DNA of 64,000 nt, from the NCBI GenBank assembly GCA_951406725.2, contig OX597820.1:89714001-89778000 (forward strand), read 5' to 3'. The translations under genes were made by a program, and so were the position numbers. The stretch is from Octopus vulgaris. Lineage: Eukaryota. Below the pieces are notes generated by a model that was not told the DNA's origin, made no database searches, and saw only the letters and a list, made by a program, of their open reading frames with translations. Within the stretch, counting starts at the first letter, position 1; every line of letters starts with the position of its first letter. Below are positions 25,341 to 39,783 of this stretch, in pieces.

Positions 25341-26379
25341 AATTCAGGGCTGGCTCACCAAAGTTTTCTAATTCTACGTAGTTGTAATTTGAATTTAGGT
25401 AAGTTACTCTAAAGTGAAGAATAGTTAATTGCAGTTTAGATATGTCTGAGATATGGTAATTTACAATATCTCAGAGTACCAGTAAACTAACTTACTTTAG
25501 AGATAAATAAAAATAACATTATATAACCTCATAAGATGTTGAAGATTATTATAGTTCCCTTAGGGAGGCCATATCAGCTCCATTTGTAAAATTATGTAGG
25601 ACGTCATGTTCTACATGATGAACATGACGTGCTACAAGTGTATCTATGTATATATCCTCAACCATAGTGGGATCCCCATAGTATACTGAAATGTTGAGTT
25701 TATTATTGCTTAGTCTCATGTGAGCTTTGACCTTACAAACCTATGATCAAAGCCATTTCAAGCATGAATATTTCTTGCTTAATTTTCAGTCATAATATTT
25801 TTATGACTATTTCATTCAACAGGTACTTATTTTTTTAAAAGACAGTAGTGGAAAATATAAGGGATATTTGGCTGTTATTTCTTTGAAGTCGATGAAACCT
25901 ATTTACTGCAGTGATGTTCTAAGTAGCCTGACGACGAACAGAATACAAGACGTCAAACTTTCAGACACCTGTTAAATCGTATATTTCAATCTTTTGTGTA
26001 TCCCTGCCAAAAGACACAGTTTTAATTTCTGTATAATCAGCCGACTCTTTAATGGCAAGCATGTGAGTGAAGTAGCTGCCTTCGGACATAACATTAGATG
26101 TTTCTAATGATTTATACGTAATCACTGTATATTCACACAACAGTAATTATAGTGTGATGCGTTAAATAACTTGTCGAATGAACACAGGAATAAAAATAGA
26201 AAGACAGTAAAAGAAGAATTAATCTAGAGCCATGTTTAAATCGATGAATTCTCAGAGGTATCAAGAATTTAATTAATTGAACAGTCACGAAAAAATGTAC
26301 GTATTTACGACAAGTGGCCACGACCACACTAACAAATACACACATATATACACTCATATATATACATACACACACAAGC

Positions 26380-26426
<47 letters not shown>

Positions 26427-26457
26427 CATACATATACACATACATCATACATACATA

Positions 26458-26495
<38 letters not shown>

Positions 26496-27346
26496 ACATG
26501 AATATAGATCACTGATAGTAATCTGCAAACGTATATGTCAAGAATCACCTTCCTACAAATATTTGTTGCATACTAAATAGAAAATACACTCAAACATATA
26601 CCTCGTATTTCACATAATTTAAATGAAGTTTAGTGAGAAGCACAATGTCTTGTCTAATATATAACTATCTAATTAAAGAATGTTAAATATGTAGCTGATT
26701 TCTATTGTCCATTTAAGTTAGAGAAATAGTTTGGAGGAATTTAGCAAACTGAAATTAAAACGGTTTGAGAATTTGTAGGGTAATGCACTTGTTTCAGTTA
26801 AGGTGAAATATTTTATTAAGGAAATTATACGAAGGTTCTAGCCTTGAAATAAGTATTGATTTATGACGGTAGTCTAAATTTGAAAGTCATGTGCTTGCTA
26901 AATCTTGCGAGTCTAACGACTACGTTCAAAGTTCCATTTCAACTTTACCATGGATTTACGTCGAGTTTATCAATCATGTGTCGACTTTCCACGAAAAATG
27001 GGTAAATAGTTTGATCCGACGTTACAGCGTTAACTATTGGTTTCCAGATAACATTTGGTGTATAAAATATAATTTTCGAAGTGATTGTAAGTATATATTT
27101 GTGGGTTTTGTGTTCATTTTGCTTTCCGTGTTGATATTATCATCGTTAATTTTTGACATACAGGACATATATTTATGTATATATATACATAGATTTAGTG
27201 TTAGTAGCTGACCACGTAGAGGATCACAGAAACGCAAGCGGCCTACAATTTACAATATTTTTGCATCACAAATGTCGCTTAGGAGGAATATTTTCGCAGT
27301 GAAAATGTCCGAGTGCGCTTGAGCGTGTAAATATAAATTTACAAGA

Positions 27347-27390
<44 letters not shown>

Positions 27391-27859
27391 GTAATATAAA
27401 CAAGATTCAGTTGAATAAGGTGCTTAAATCTAAAGCACCCAGTTAGGTCGGAATAAAATGCATACATAACAATTTTTACCTGAATATCAACCTTGGTACA
27501 AAATGAATGGCGGAATGATATACAGATTAATATATGCAGTCAGTTTAACCCAACTGAGTATATAGTTCACTCTTGAGTTAATCAGATATGTAAATTTTAT
27601 TAAATATACAGTCCATAATATAACTTAGAACACACGAGGGAAATGTTTTGAGGTGAATTAAAAATACATACGTAACAATTGAAGGACAGGTATCATTTTG
27701 CGACTTAGCTAGTAGAGGAATAATTTAATATGTATGTCACCGTGATTTTAAAGAATTTAGAAAATTATTTTAAATGTCTTTGATTGTAAGATTCATGTAT
27801 TCATATAAAGAAAACATTTTTACGGCGATAATGGATTGATACCAGTCCTTCAATTGTTA

Positions 27860-27924
<65 letters not shown>

Positions 27925-27927
<3 letters not shown>

Positions 27928-28855
27928 ATATAAAAACAAAAATGAAAAATTCAAATGTCACTAATTGTGAGTGAAGTAGTAGGGTGGCACCTATATTGCT
28001 AGGAATAAGAGTTAAAACACTTAGAGCTGCAAGAAAGCATATTTTCAGATGCAGACAGGGAAGATAACCACAACACAGCGAGCGAAATCACTATACCAGT
28101 CTAGTTTCGCTTGCAAATGACATGCTCAACAGTAGTGACTACTCCATCGCTGGATTGTTTTGATAAATTCTCAGTTTAATAAAGGCAACAGCGCAACAGA
28201 AATTGCGAGGAATATTAATGCAGTATATGGGGATCAGACAATAAGCATAAGCCGGTTTCAACGGTGGTTCCAGAAATTCCGAGCCGGAAACTACAGCCTA
28301 GAAGATGAGCCTCGCCCTAGAAGATTTGTAGAGCTCGACGAGGACGTTCTGCAAACCCTGGTGAAACAGAATCCCATCGTAACTGTCGAGGCACTAGCTG
28401 AGAATCTTGGATTTGGTCATTCAACACTTCATCAACACCAACGCTAGAAGAAAAGCGATCATCTTTAGTTTCAAGGTGAAAGGTGTTCTTCCACCAGGAT
28501 AATGCTCGGCCACATACAGAGAGGATGACATTCAACGGCTGGAGCTGTTTGAATGGAAAATGATACCCGACCCACCATATTCGCCAGACATTGCCCCATC
28601 TGATTATCATTTATTCCGCAGTCTCCAAAATCATTTGGACAGAAAGTATATGAATTCTATAGACGAGGCCAGAACAGTGCTGGAGGAATATTTTTCGTCA
28701 TAGACAAGTGAATCTTGGAAGATGGGCTTTGCAAGTCTACCAGATAAATGGAAAAGCATTGCAGAAAATAAAGGAAAGTATATTTTTGATTAAAAGAGAG
28801 CTTCATTTAGAAAAATTAAAGTATAAAATATCTCATTATTTATGGGATCAACAAT
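27925..28855 (+). mobile_element. Internally deleted mariner (SETMAR/Hsmar-like) element
   Basis: HTH GNSATEIARNINAVYGDQTISISRFQRWFQKFRAGNYSLEDEPRP; after the deletion FHQDNARPH and PPYSPDIAPSDYHLFRSLQNHL. Confidence 0.88.
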
Positions 28856-29870
28856 AAGTATATAAATACACACACAGAGATGGATAGATAGGCAAATATA
28901 TATGTGCGCGAACACGCTCACATAAATAGACATGCGTATGCACAGATATTCATAGAGACCAGAAAATCGGGTGTTGAAATCAATATGGTTTCATTTCGAC
29001 AGGGTCGTACATATAAACCATAAAAGCACACTCCTCCGTTGTTGTTTGTCTATACTTCGTCCCACTCCCAAAATCTAAAGCGTATATATACAATACAGCT
29101 ATTGAGAAGTCAAACGTATGTATGTATGTATGTATATATGTATATATGTATGTATGCATGTATGTATATGTGTATGTATGTATATGTATGCATATATGTA
29201 TATAAACATGAATATATGGAGCTGTACTTATCTGGCAAGTGATTACATCCGAAATCGAATGTCAGAACTAAAGGAATAACAAAATGGAAGAACCCTTTAA
29301 GAATACACAAATAATGTTACATCCAATTTTTGGAGTATATTTTCGAGAACCCAGAATAATAGTCACTTTCCAACACTTAGTACCAATTGCACATTTCACA
29401 AAGATAACTGCTGGAATTTAGTTACTGCCAAATAGATATGTTTATACACACTTGAGATGGTTTCTTTGCTTTTGTCAGTTTCTTTATTTATCTGTGTGTG
29501 TGTACGTGTGTGCATTTGTGTGTGTATCATATGAGTGCGTCCCTGTGTGTATGCACATGGGCATCTCTATATACACACGTACAAATTCATATAATCTACA
29601 TGCATATATCTGTTTATGCACATACGTATGCGCATGCATATGCACAACTGTGTTTGTGTATAAACATAATTAAGTGTAGGTAATATTAGGCTCAACTTAG
29701 CTTATGGTGCATTGGTGTTATTCCATTTGGAATTACCATTGAGACTGTGTCAGTATTCTCTTGCGCAAAGTAATTCACTTACGTCTCGTAGTACTGTATC
29801 ATCAGGAAACTTTACAGACAAGATATAATACGATATTCACACTGAAACTATTGAGTTCCTCTGTGTGTAT

Positions 29871-31026
<1,156 letters not shown>

Positions 31027-31045
31027 AAAAAAAAAAAAAAAAAAA

Positions 31046-31366
31046 ATCGCACTCTCATCTCATAACAACAATACGGCACAATTATTTCACCTCAATTGGC
31101 CCCGCTCTCTTTAACATTACACCAAAACACATTAAAACAGAAACTGACCCTATAGGGTTCAAGAAGTCTTTGGACAGATTCCTTCAAGAAATCCCGGATA
31201 AACCCCCTACACCCGGATATGTCTCTGTAAACAATAACTCTCTACTTGAGTGGGCCATAGTGCCCAAATTCTGACTTGAAAGACTTCACCAGGTGGTGCT
31301 ATTAAGTTAGACATGGCCTGGGCCAATAATGGCCGAAACCTATCAAAGTATCAAAGTATCAAAGTA
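31046..31366 (+). mobile_element. CR1-like LINE 3' end with (TATCAAAG)3 tail
   Basis: [58 protein letters not shown] (stop 31272-31274), short 3' UTR with GGCC stem, octamer tail at 31341-31364. Confidence 0.8.
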
Positions 31367-31368
31367 TG

Positions 31369-31504
<136 letters not shown>

Positions 31505-31506
31505 AA

Positions 31507-31538
<32 letters not shown>

Positions 31539-31800
31539 ATTCGGTCTTGGGGATTAGTGGATATGCAGGTATTCTATTGCAGATAATACAAAATATACTA
31601 AATATACCATACCAATAAGTATATCTGAAAGTAAACTCGTGGTATCTATATGTATATCATGGAATAATACTTCAAATGATATAACCAGTATACCACTAGG
31701 GTACAAAATATGCTTCCTTAATTATCTCCTACTTAAGTTAAAATTAAAAGGAACTACATGTGTTTCAGTATTAGAAGATCATAACACACACACACATACA

Positions 31801-31847
<47 letters not shown>

Positions 31848-32178
31848 GAAGGCGTATGAATCAGTGGTTAGAGTCTTTACGTCGTGAGGTTGTGAGTTCG
31901 AATCCGGACCCGGGCTGCGTGTTGTGTTCTTGAGTAAGACACTTTATATCACGTTCCTCCAGTTCACTTAGCTGTAGAAATGAGTTGCGACGTCACAGGT
32001 GCCAAGCTGTATCGGCCTTCGCCTTTTCCTTGGATAACATTAGTGGCGTGGAGAGCGGATGCCGGTATGCATGGGCAACTGATGGTCTTCCATAAAGAAA
32101 TTTGCCCGGATTTGTGCTTGGGAAGTAACCTTCTTGGCGCAATCCCATGGTCAGTCATGACTGAAGGGGGTCTCAGCG
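31848..32178 (+). mobile_element. SINE family B copy
   Basis: Homologous to 6238-6577. Confidence 0.88.
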
Positions 32179-32192
32179 TATATATATATATA

Positions 32193-32516
32193 TTTCGTTT
32201 TTGGGTCTGGTTTGCAAGATTCTTTATATGAATTCGTGTGTTGAAGCATATTCTGTTGTGTCTGGGGAGGGTCATTTTCTTTTTGTGTCTTATAGTTTAA
32301 CACACACCGGTAAAGTTTCCATTTATTTCTTATTTCTATTTTCCTAAAATTTTCTTTGCGTCTTGCAGCCTTTTCACTAGTCAGGTCTATTGAAAAGGTT
32401 GCAAGATGCAACGAAAATTTTAGGAAAATAGAAATAAGAAATAAGTGGAAATTTTACCGGTGAGTGTATTAAATTATAAGACACAAAAAGAAAATGGCTC
32501 TCCCCAGACGCAACAG
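32193..32516. mobile_element. Fold-back PLE-terminal mini-element (arms 32253-32380 / 32387-32516)
   Basis: ~128-bp imperfect inverted arms with a 6-nt loop and a one-sided extension; same family at 42309-42650. Confidence 0.75.
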
Positions 32517-33159
32517 TATATATATATATGCAATCACCAATTTTAAATTCTACCAACACATCTTCAGTTTCTTTTTCAAAATATTGTTAATCTAATTTTA
32601 CATCACTTTAAAATTACGCGTTAAATTAAACATTAAATTAAACATTAAAAATATTAAATTATACTTTATAAAGTTAAGAATTAAAAATTATAAATTATAA
32701 ATTATACATTATGAATATGAATTAGTATAGATATATCAAACTTATAAACTCAATTATATAACGTCAAATACAACATATAAGATGTAAAATATACATCAGT
32801 ATAAAAATGTTCGTGATTGAATGTGAAAAATAACATGAAAGTTGCAGATACATATCCTACTTCTATGGAACCAAGATGTCTTTCAAAATGTCAATTAGAG
32901 GAAATGAAGATAGTAGAGCACTATGGGAATATATAGGTGATTAGTATCAAGGTGGGTATGCATAGATTAATTTAATTTATCTTCTATTATTATCTTCAAA
33001 CTAACTATGTTGAGGAATATATATATAATTTGTGATAATATAAGTTTTAGTATTATTTAACTAATTTGTTTATTTAATTATTTAATGTATTCAAGTACTG
33101 TAGAAATCAAAACTGTGTGATTATAGATTCAAGGATGGCGGGGTTCAATATTTCATTTT

Positions 33160-35160
33160 ATTGAAAGTAAAATTGCTTTTGTGTCTACATTTAACACCTC
33201 ATTCAATAATTTATCTCTAGACTTTATCAGTTTCCTAAATTCTGTTATACAGGAGTGGCTGTGTGGTAAGTAGCTTGCTTACCAACCACATGGTTCCGGG
33301 TTCAGTCCCACTGCGTGGCATCTTGGGCAAGTGTCTTCTACTATAGTCTCGGGCCGACCAAAGCCTTGTGAGTGGATTTGGTAGACGGATACTGAAAGAA
33401 GCCCGTCGTAAATACGTATATATATATATATATATATAGATATGTGTGTGTATGTATGTTTGTGTGTCTGTGTTTATCCCCCTACACACCGAGCTGGTGT
33501 GTTTACGTCCCCGTCACTTAGCGGTTCGGCAAAAGAGACCGATAGAATAAGTACTGGGCTTACAAAGAATAAGTCCCGGGGTCAATTTGCTCGACTAAAG
33601 ATGGTGCTCCAGCATGGCCACAGTCAACTGACTGAAACAAGTAAAAGAGTAAAAGATTAATAAACACATTATATTGCCAACATTATGAGAGTGGTCTCTA
33701 CCTATTTAACTCCAACTAAGGGTTTAATCTCTTTTTCTATATTTTAATTCCCATATATATTTACTTAAATCTGTGGACTTACTTAAAATTAAGATTTTTG
33801 AAAATCTGTTACTGTTGGGAAAATATTTAAAAAATTTCTTTAGCTTATCTATAATTTTATTATTATTGTTCTCAGAGCTTACTATACATTTATAAATTAC
33901 ATTAACAATATTACAATTATTAGAGAGCTTACATTTAGTTTTATCATGACGTGAACATTTTTCTATCTGTTGATTAAGATTCACATCACTATCAGTTATA
34001 TTACGGCTGGAGGTTATATTTATTGTGCAATTATAATAATTATTTAATTTCTTATCATTTATAAAGGAAATGATATTACTTACATTCCTCGATGTTGAGT
34101 AGCCCACTCTTATGGTTTTATTGGAAAATATGTTTGAATAAATGTTGTCCTTATTAAAAGATATTTTTACAATTTTAAGTGTTTCCTTAATAATATTAGT
34201 CATCACTTGAGCCCTATACGGAATAATTAACCATACAATATCCTTTTTATTTTTTTTTACTTTTATATTATCATTATTAGACATCAACGGTATTAAAGTG
34301 TTATTCATCGGTGTATTATATCTCCGCTTGTTTAATTTGCCATGTTTCTTACTATTGATCATATTCTCATTACCAATATCAATATTATTATTGCCATCAT
34401 TAATAATAATTATATTGTTTTTATCTTTATTTACTTTCATATACTATCTTTTATTATTATTCATATTTTTGATGTTAGAATTGTTTTTAGGATTACCTGT
34501 CATATTATTAAGGTGTTCGTAATAATTAAAGGCTTTCATATTAGAGTTATATCCTGCTTCTTTTAATGCCTTATTTTAATATGGGGCATTTTTAAAATTA
34601 AGTGTCATAATCTGAGGATAGCATAGATATTCTTTTGCCTATGTTATCTATTAAAGCTACATTAACTGATCTAGGATGGTTACTTAAAGAACTAATATAC
34701 ATTAAATTTTCATTCAACTTATGGAATGGATGGATCTCATTAGTGACAAGATTAAGGTTGAGGTCTAAATAATTTACTGCATAGTGTTCATTCTCTATAA
34801 ATATATCTAAGCCATGATTCTTAAAGAAATTGTACATTTTTTTCTTAAGTCATTGTAACGACATATTGGAACAATTCCTGGTTAGGTGTAGTAAGTCGTC
34901 CCTATAAAGATCACTCTCTATATTCGTAAATTCTATCTCTAGTTCAAATAAAAGATATAATCCTACAAGATCAGTAACTTGGGCAGAATTAGGAGCGCCC
35001 ATGGGTATGTCAAAACAATCACTTCTGTCTTTTCTTACCCAAAGTTTATCGTTATATTTTATAATAGACTTCATCGCGGCTAACACCACTTTGACTTCAT
35101 CAAATGACTTCATCCTTTCTCGTGGCATATGGTAGGGCCTTCTTTAAATCCACTTCCTTA
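33160..35160 (-). mobile_element. Penelope-like element remnant (RT, thumb, GIY-YIG), split by a SINE
   Basis: FDIPMGAPNSAQVTDLVGLYLL..LYRDDLL; VNYLDLNLNL..SNHPRSV; IVWLIIPY..TIRVGYS; CSRHDKTKCKL..NVIYKC; STDLSKYIWELK; C-terminal KLLNE..KCRHKSNF left of the SINE. Confidence 0.88.
33250..33656 (+). mobile_element. tRNA-derived CORE-type SINE, family C
   Basis: AGGAGTGGCTGTGTGGTAAG A box, GGGTTCAGTCCC B box, TCTTGGGCAAGT CORE-like motif, internal (TA)/(TG) tract; homologous to 56965-57350. Confidence 0.9.
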
Positions 35161-35194
35161 ATAGATGAATAATATATATATGTATATATATATA

Positions 35195-36625
35195 TATACA
35201 TTTATATATTCGCTTTGCAAGATTCTCGATGTGAATTCGTGAGTTGAAACAGATATTATTGTATTTGGAGATGGACACGTTGCCAGTTTAGCCAATAGAA
35301 ACACATGCACTATATTCGTGTTTAGTTGCTTCAGCTCTATTTTATATTAATTGCATTTCGGCCAGAGTTCTTTCGTGACACTTCTGTGACCTATTCAGTG
35401 GTCCTTTGCTTTCTTCTTTCTTTTGTGTGTCTCTCCTGACTAATCATCTGCCATTTTGTATTCCTATCGTATGTGTCTTTATTTGCGCATGCGTATATCC
35501 CTGTGTGTCTCTATGTTTAGTGTGTGTGTGGGAATGCGCCTGCATTATCAGTATCCCCTGTTTATACACGTTCGTTTAATTTACTTTTATTTATTTTATT
35601 CTTTTGTTTATATCCACTTACTTTTTCATTTCTATCTATTTTTGTATTTAATTTAATATATTTTGTTAGTATAGTCATTTAATTCCATTCATTTGTCTGT
35701 GTATTGTATTATATTCTTATTATTATCAATTTATGGGGATATTATTCTGTCATAGATTGTGGTGTGTTGGGGATATGTGCTAGTGTTCCATTCTAGTTTC
35801 CTATTCTGGCTATGTTTATTTTCTTTTATGAGTGTAGCTTCCGTAATTTGTCTAAGCGATGCATCTGTTCTATGTGTGGATTTTAACTCCTATGTTATTG
35901 AGTTTCTTTCTGCTCAGCGTGCTGGTACAGAACCGATGAGCTCCTCTCTTTCTTATGTTCGCTCCAATGCCCATTTACACGATCTCCTATGCTCCGCGTT
36001 GTCTCTCCTACGTACGTTGTTGTCTTGTTACTGCAGCGTCTCTCTGTAATCTTATACTGTAGACCACATGTTTAGATTTACAGTTTGTTTGTGGGCTCAA
36101 TCTTCATACAATTTAGTTCCTATCAGTACAGGTGGTGCTATTATTAGGGATTTGATAGGGCTGCCTGGCCTTTCTACAACTTTAATTCTTAGCTTAAGTT
36201 CGTCTAGGGTCCTTCTAAAGCGATACTCCTGTTCACATCTAAGGGTGGTGTTGACGAACATGACACTCTGGTATTTGTGGCTATCATACCATGAGTTGGC
36301 CTTCCATATTGTCTTCTTAGTCCTTTCAATAGTGTTCCATGACTTGCTCCTATAGAGTGGGCAAATCCCACTCTTATCGTCACGTATGATAGTTTCAAAT
36401 TTCCTCGTGGCTCCTTTGTATACTCTGATCATTTCTCTATGGCTGTATCCTGAGAACAGTAGGATCGCACATGCGGGACACATTTCTCATTACTCTGATG
36501 AAGTCTGCCATCAATATATTGAATTTGGCATTGTCCGCGATAGCTGAGTTCTGGTGGATCAGGTATTTGGAGGCCATAGATTTGGCATAGTGTGAACGAA
36601 GGATTTGGGTTTTATTATTCACAGT
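35195..36625 (-). mobile_element. Second PLE lineage remnant (Naiad/Neptune-like thumb-linker plus 3' terminal region)
   Basis: HYAKSMASKYLIHQNSA..KFNIL..IRVMRN; FSGY..GICPLYRSKSW..WY..SVMFV..IKVVERPG; 3' region has a hammerhead-like motif at 35356-35398 and abuts (TA)n. Confidence 0.7.
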
Positions 36626-36984
36626 GTGATCCCAAGGCTATATCAGAGGATACCTGCCCAAGGTTCTACACAGAGAGTCTGGAACCGGAACCATGTGGTT
36701 GGGAAGCAATGTATATGTACATACATACATACATACATACTTTTTTCTTCAATTTTCTATCACGGAACAGTTCTCCATATATATAGTATGCTTTGGTAAC
36801 AGAGTTAACTAAATTATCTTCTGTACAACGATACGACCTACGTCTACATGGTTAGTCTGAACCGAGTAATAACAATGCACCATACTTAATAGATGCATAT
36901 AGTTCTCTCTCATCAACTTTATACAGATATGCACCGCCTTATTTATGCATTCATATATTTATGGACACACACACACACACATGT

Positions 36985-37330
<346 letters not shown>

Positions 37331-38035
37331 GTGTGTGTGTGTATACATATATGTGTATGTGTGTGTGTATACATTTATATGTATACGTGTATGTGCGTTT
37401 GATTTCATCTATTATATTTCTAACTTATTATTTGTACTGTCTTTACCTTACGGTCATATGTACCAACATCACAAGAATCCGATTTCAAGATGCATGTGCT
37501 ATACGCAGTTATTTCTTAACGACATTATATATGCATAGAGAACGACACCCATATCCGCTCAAAACCACAAAACTAACTACTAAACAACCAGCAAAGAAAG
37601 TAAAGAGAGAAGAAATATTAGCAACGAAACTTACAAATAAGTAGACGATCGTCTAAGTGTCAATTTAGAACTATACAGTAGAACTATACAGTAGAATGTT
37701 CAACTTAAATGGAAAGAGAAGATAGAGAAAAAAAGAGAAGCCCTGAGGTCTGTAAGAACTTACTAGTAACTAAATTTGAATAGCTACAGTAGACGTGTAC
37801 AGGTAACCAGGTCGAAGAAGGGCAACGGAAAATTTAATACCTTATATGTTAAACAGTGAATGAATATAAACGTTTTTGTGTTCATAACTCCTTGAAATAC
37901 GCCTCCGCTATATATGTAAATCCTAAACATACATACATGCATACATGTATATATATATATATGTATACACTTCTGTAGGTATTTGTGTGTGTATGTGTGT
38001 GTATCCGTACTTGCATACATACGCACATGTTGCAC

Positions 38036-38066
<31 letters not shown>

Positions 38067-38074
38067 ATTTCAAC

Positions 38075-38436
38075 AATTGAGGGTAAAATTAATTAATTAT
38101 TAATCAATTTCACCAAGTGTTCAGTATGCAAAGGGACCATTTAAGGCGAATTCAAATTATTACATTATATAAAAGGGCTTAGTAAAATAAATTACTTTGC
38201 CGCATACTGAACTCATTAGAAATAGCAGCTAAAAAACTTTTTTAAAGCTATTTCTAATACTTAAAGAAAATCTCTCTCATATATAGTGTATATGAGAGAG
38301 ATTTTCACTATATATACACTATATATGAGAGAGATTTTCTTTAAGTATTAGAAATAGCTTTAAAAAAGTTTTTTAGCTGCTATTTCTAATGAGTTCAGTA
38401 TGCGGCAAAGTAATTTATTTTACTAAGCCCTTTTAT

Positions 38437-38440
<4 letters not shown>
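38075..38440. repeat. Perfect 129-bp inverted repeat with one-sided extension, embedded in (TA)n
   Basis: 38165-38293 is the exact reverse complement of 38312-38440 (checked by eye); 18-nt spacer. Confidence 0.9.
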
Positions 38441-38476
<36 letters not shown>

Positions 38477-38608
38477 GGAGTAAGCACATAAATGTGAAAC
38501 AAGGTGGAAACAAAGTGTACTCAAATACCAGAGGTATGCTTTATTTAAAAGCAACAGAAATATAACAAAAGCTGTTACTCAGAGTTTCACGTTCCCGTTC
38601 CTCAAGAA

Positions 38609-38646
38609 CTGTCCGACGAACAGGAACGTGAAACTCTGAGTAACAG
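38609..38646 (+). ncRNA. Minimal type I hammerhead ribozyme-like motif (PLE type)
   Basis: CTGT (stem I) CCGACGA ACA-GGAA-CGT (stem II) GAAA CTC-T-GAG (stem III) TA ACAG (stem I'); lies in the right arm of inverted repeat 38542-38600 / 38618-38676. Confidence 0.65.
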
Positions 38647-38863
38647 CTTTTGCTACATTTCTGCTGTTTTTAAATATAGTATATATATATATATATATAT
38701 TTGCATATCTATCTATATACATGCACACACACACATACACGCACAAGAGAGGGATATGAGTGAAATCAACTGAAGTATTTAGTATCATGAATTCAAAAGT
38801 GAATTATGAAGAAAGCCGTATTAAACACTGCACAAGATATGCAGTTTTTATTGACACAATCTC

Positions 38864-38919
38864 CATTTTGAATCACTGTCAATTTGTGAATCAGCACAAA
38901 TTGACAGTGACTCAAAATG
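38864..38919. repeat. 25-bp stem, 6-nt loop hairpin
   Basis: CATTTTGAATCACTGTCAATTTGTG-AATCAG-CACAAATTGACAGTGACTCAAAATG, 24/25 paired. Confidence 0.85.
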
Positions 38920-39021
38920 AGAAGGGGACATAATATTAAGGAATAAAACATCTAATATTTATATCAATCTATCTGTCTGTCTGTCTGTCTGTCTATCTAT
39001 CAATCAATCTATCTATCTATA

Positions 39022-39058
<37 letters not shown>

Positions 39059-39783
39059 GTGAATATATGCTGTTTATAAATTTGTAATCATGTGTGTATG
39101 AGTATGCATATATATGTATCCACACATCTGTACATACACAGAAGCATACGCCCACACATTTTTAACCGCATGCATCTCTATGCATATCCGTATATGTTTG
39201 CGTAAGTGTGCGCGTGTGTAGGCATGTTTGCGCGGTAAATATGCCGTCTTAGTTTTATGTGGTATTTTTGACGTCTATTCTGTTTTGTTTATTTGTCTAT
39301 TTTATTTACGTAGGCAATCATAGCATCCACTTCTTGTGCACTCTCAGTGATTAAATATCACGCTTAGAACTAAAATTGTACTTACTACTTTCATGTATGC
39401 CTCCCTCCAACTCCCTTTCTGTCTCTGTTTGTGTCTCTACTACTCCTCCCACCTCTCTCATCATACTACTGCAATAGGATGGATATGCGATACCGGAGTT
39501 ACTCGATAACTTTTAAACTGTAGCCGCTTTTCGTTGGATTTTTCATGGATGATATAGTCGGATTAAGTTCAGTTACATATATAAATGAAAAAATATATTT
39601 ATTAATTTATATCAGTAAATATATATCTATCGTAATATTACAATCATAGTATAAAATATGTCACTTTAAGGGAAGTAACACAAAGTAAGTATGGTGGTTG
39701 GCTTGGTTGTAGCGACGTTAAGGCCAATATGCGAAATTTTTAAAGTGCAGAACTGCCTGGCAGTATATCATTAACAGCCTATA

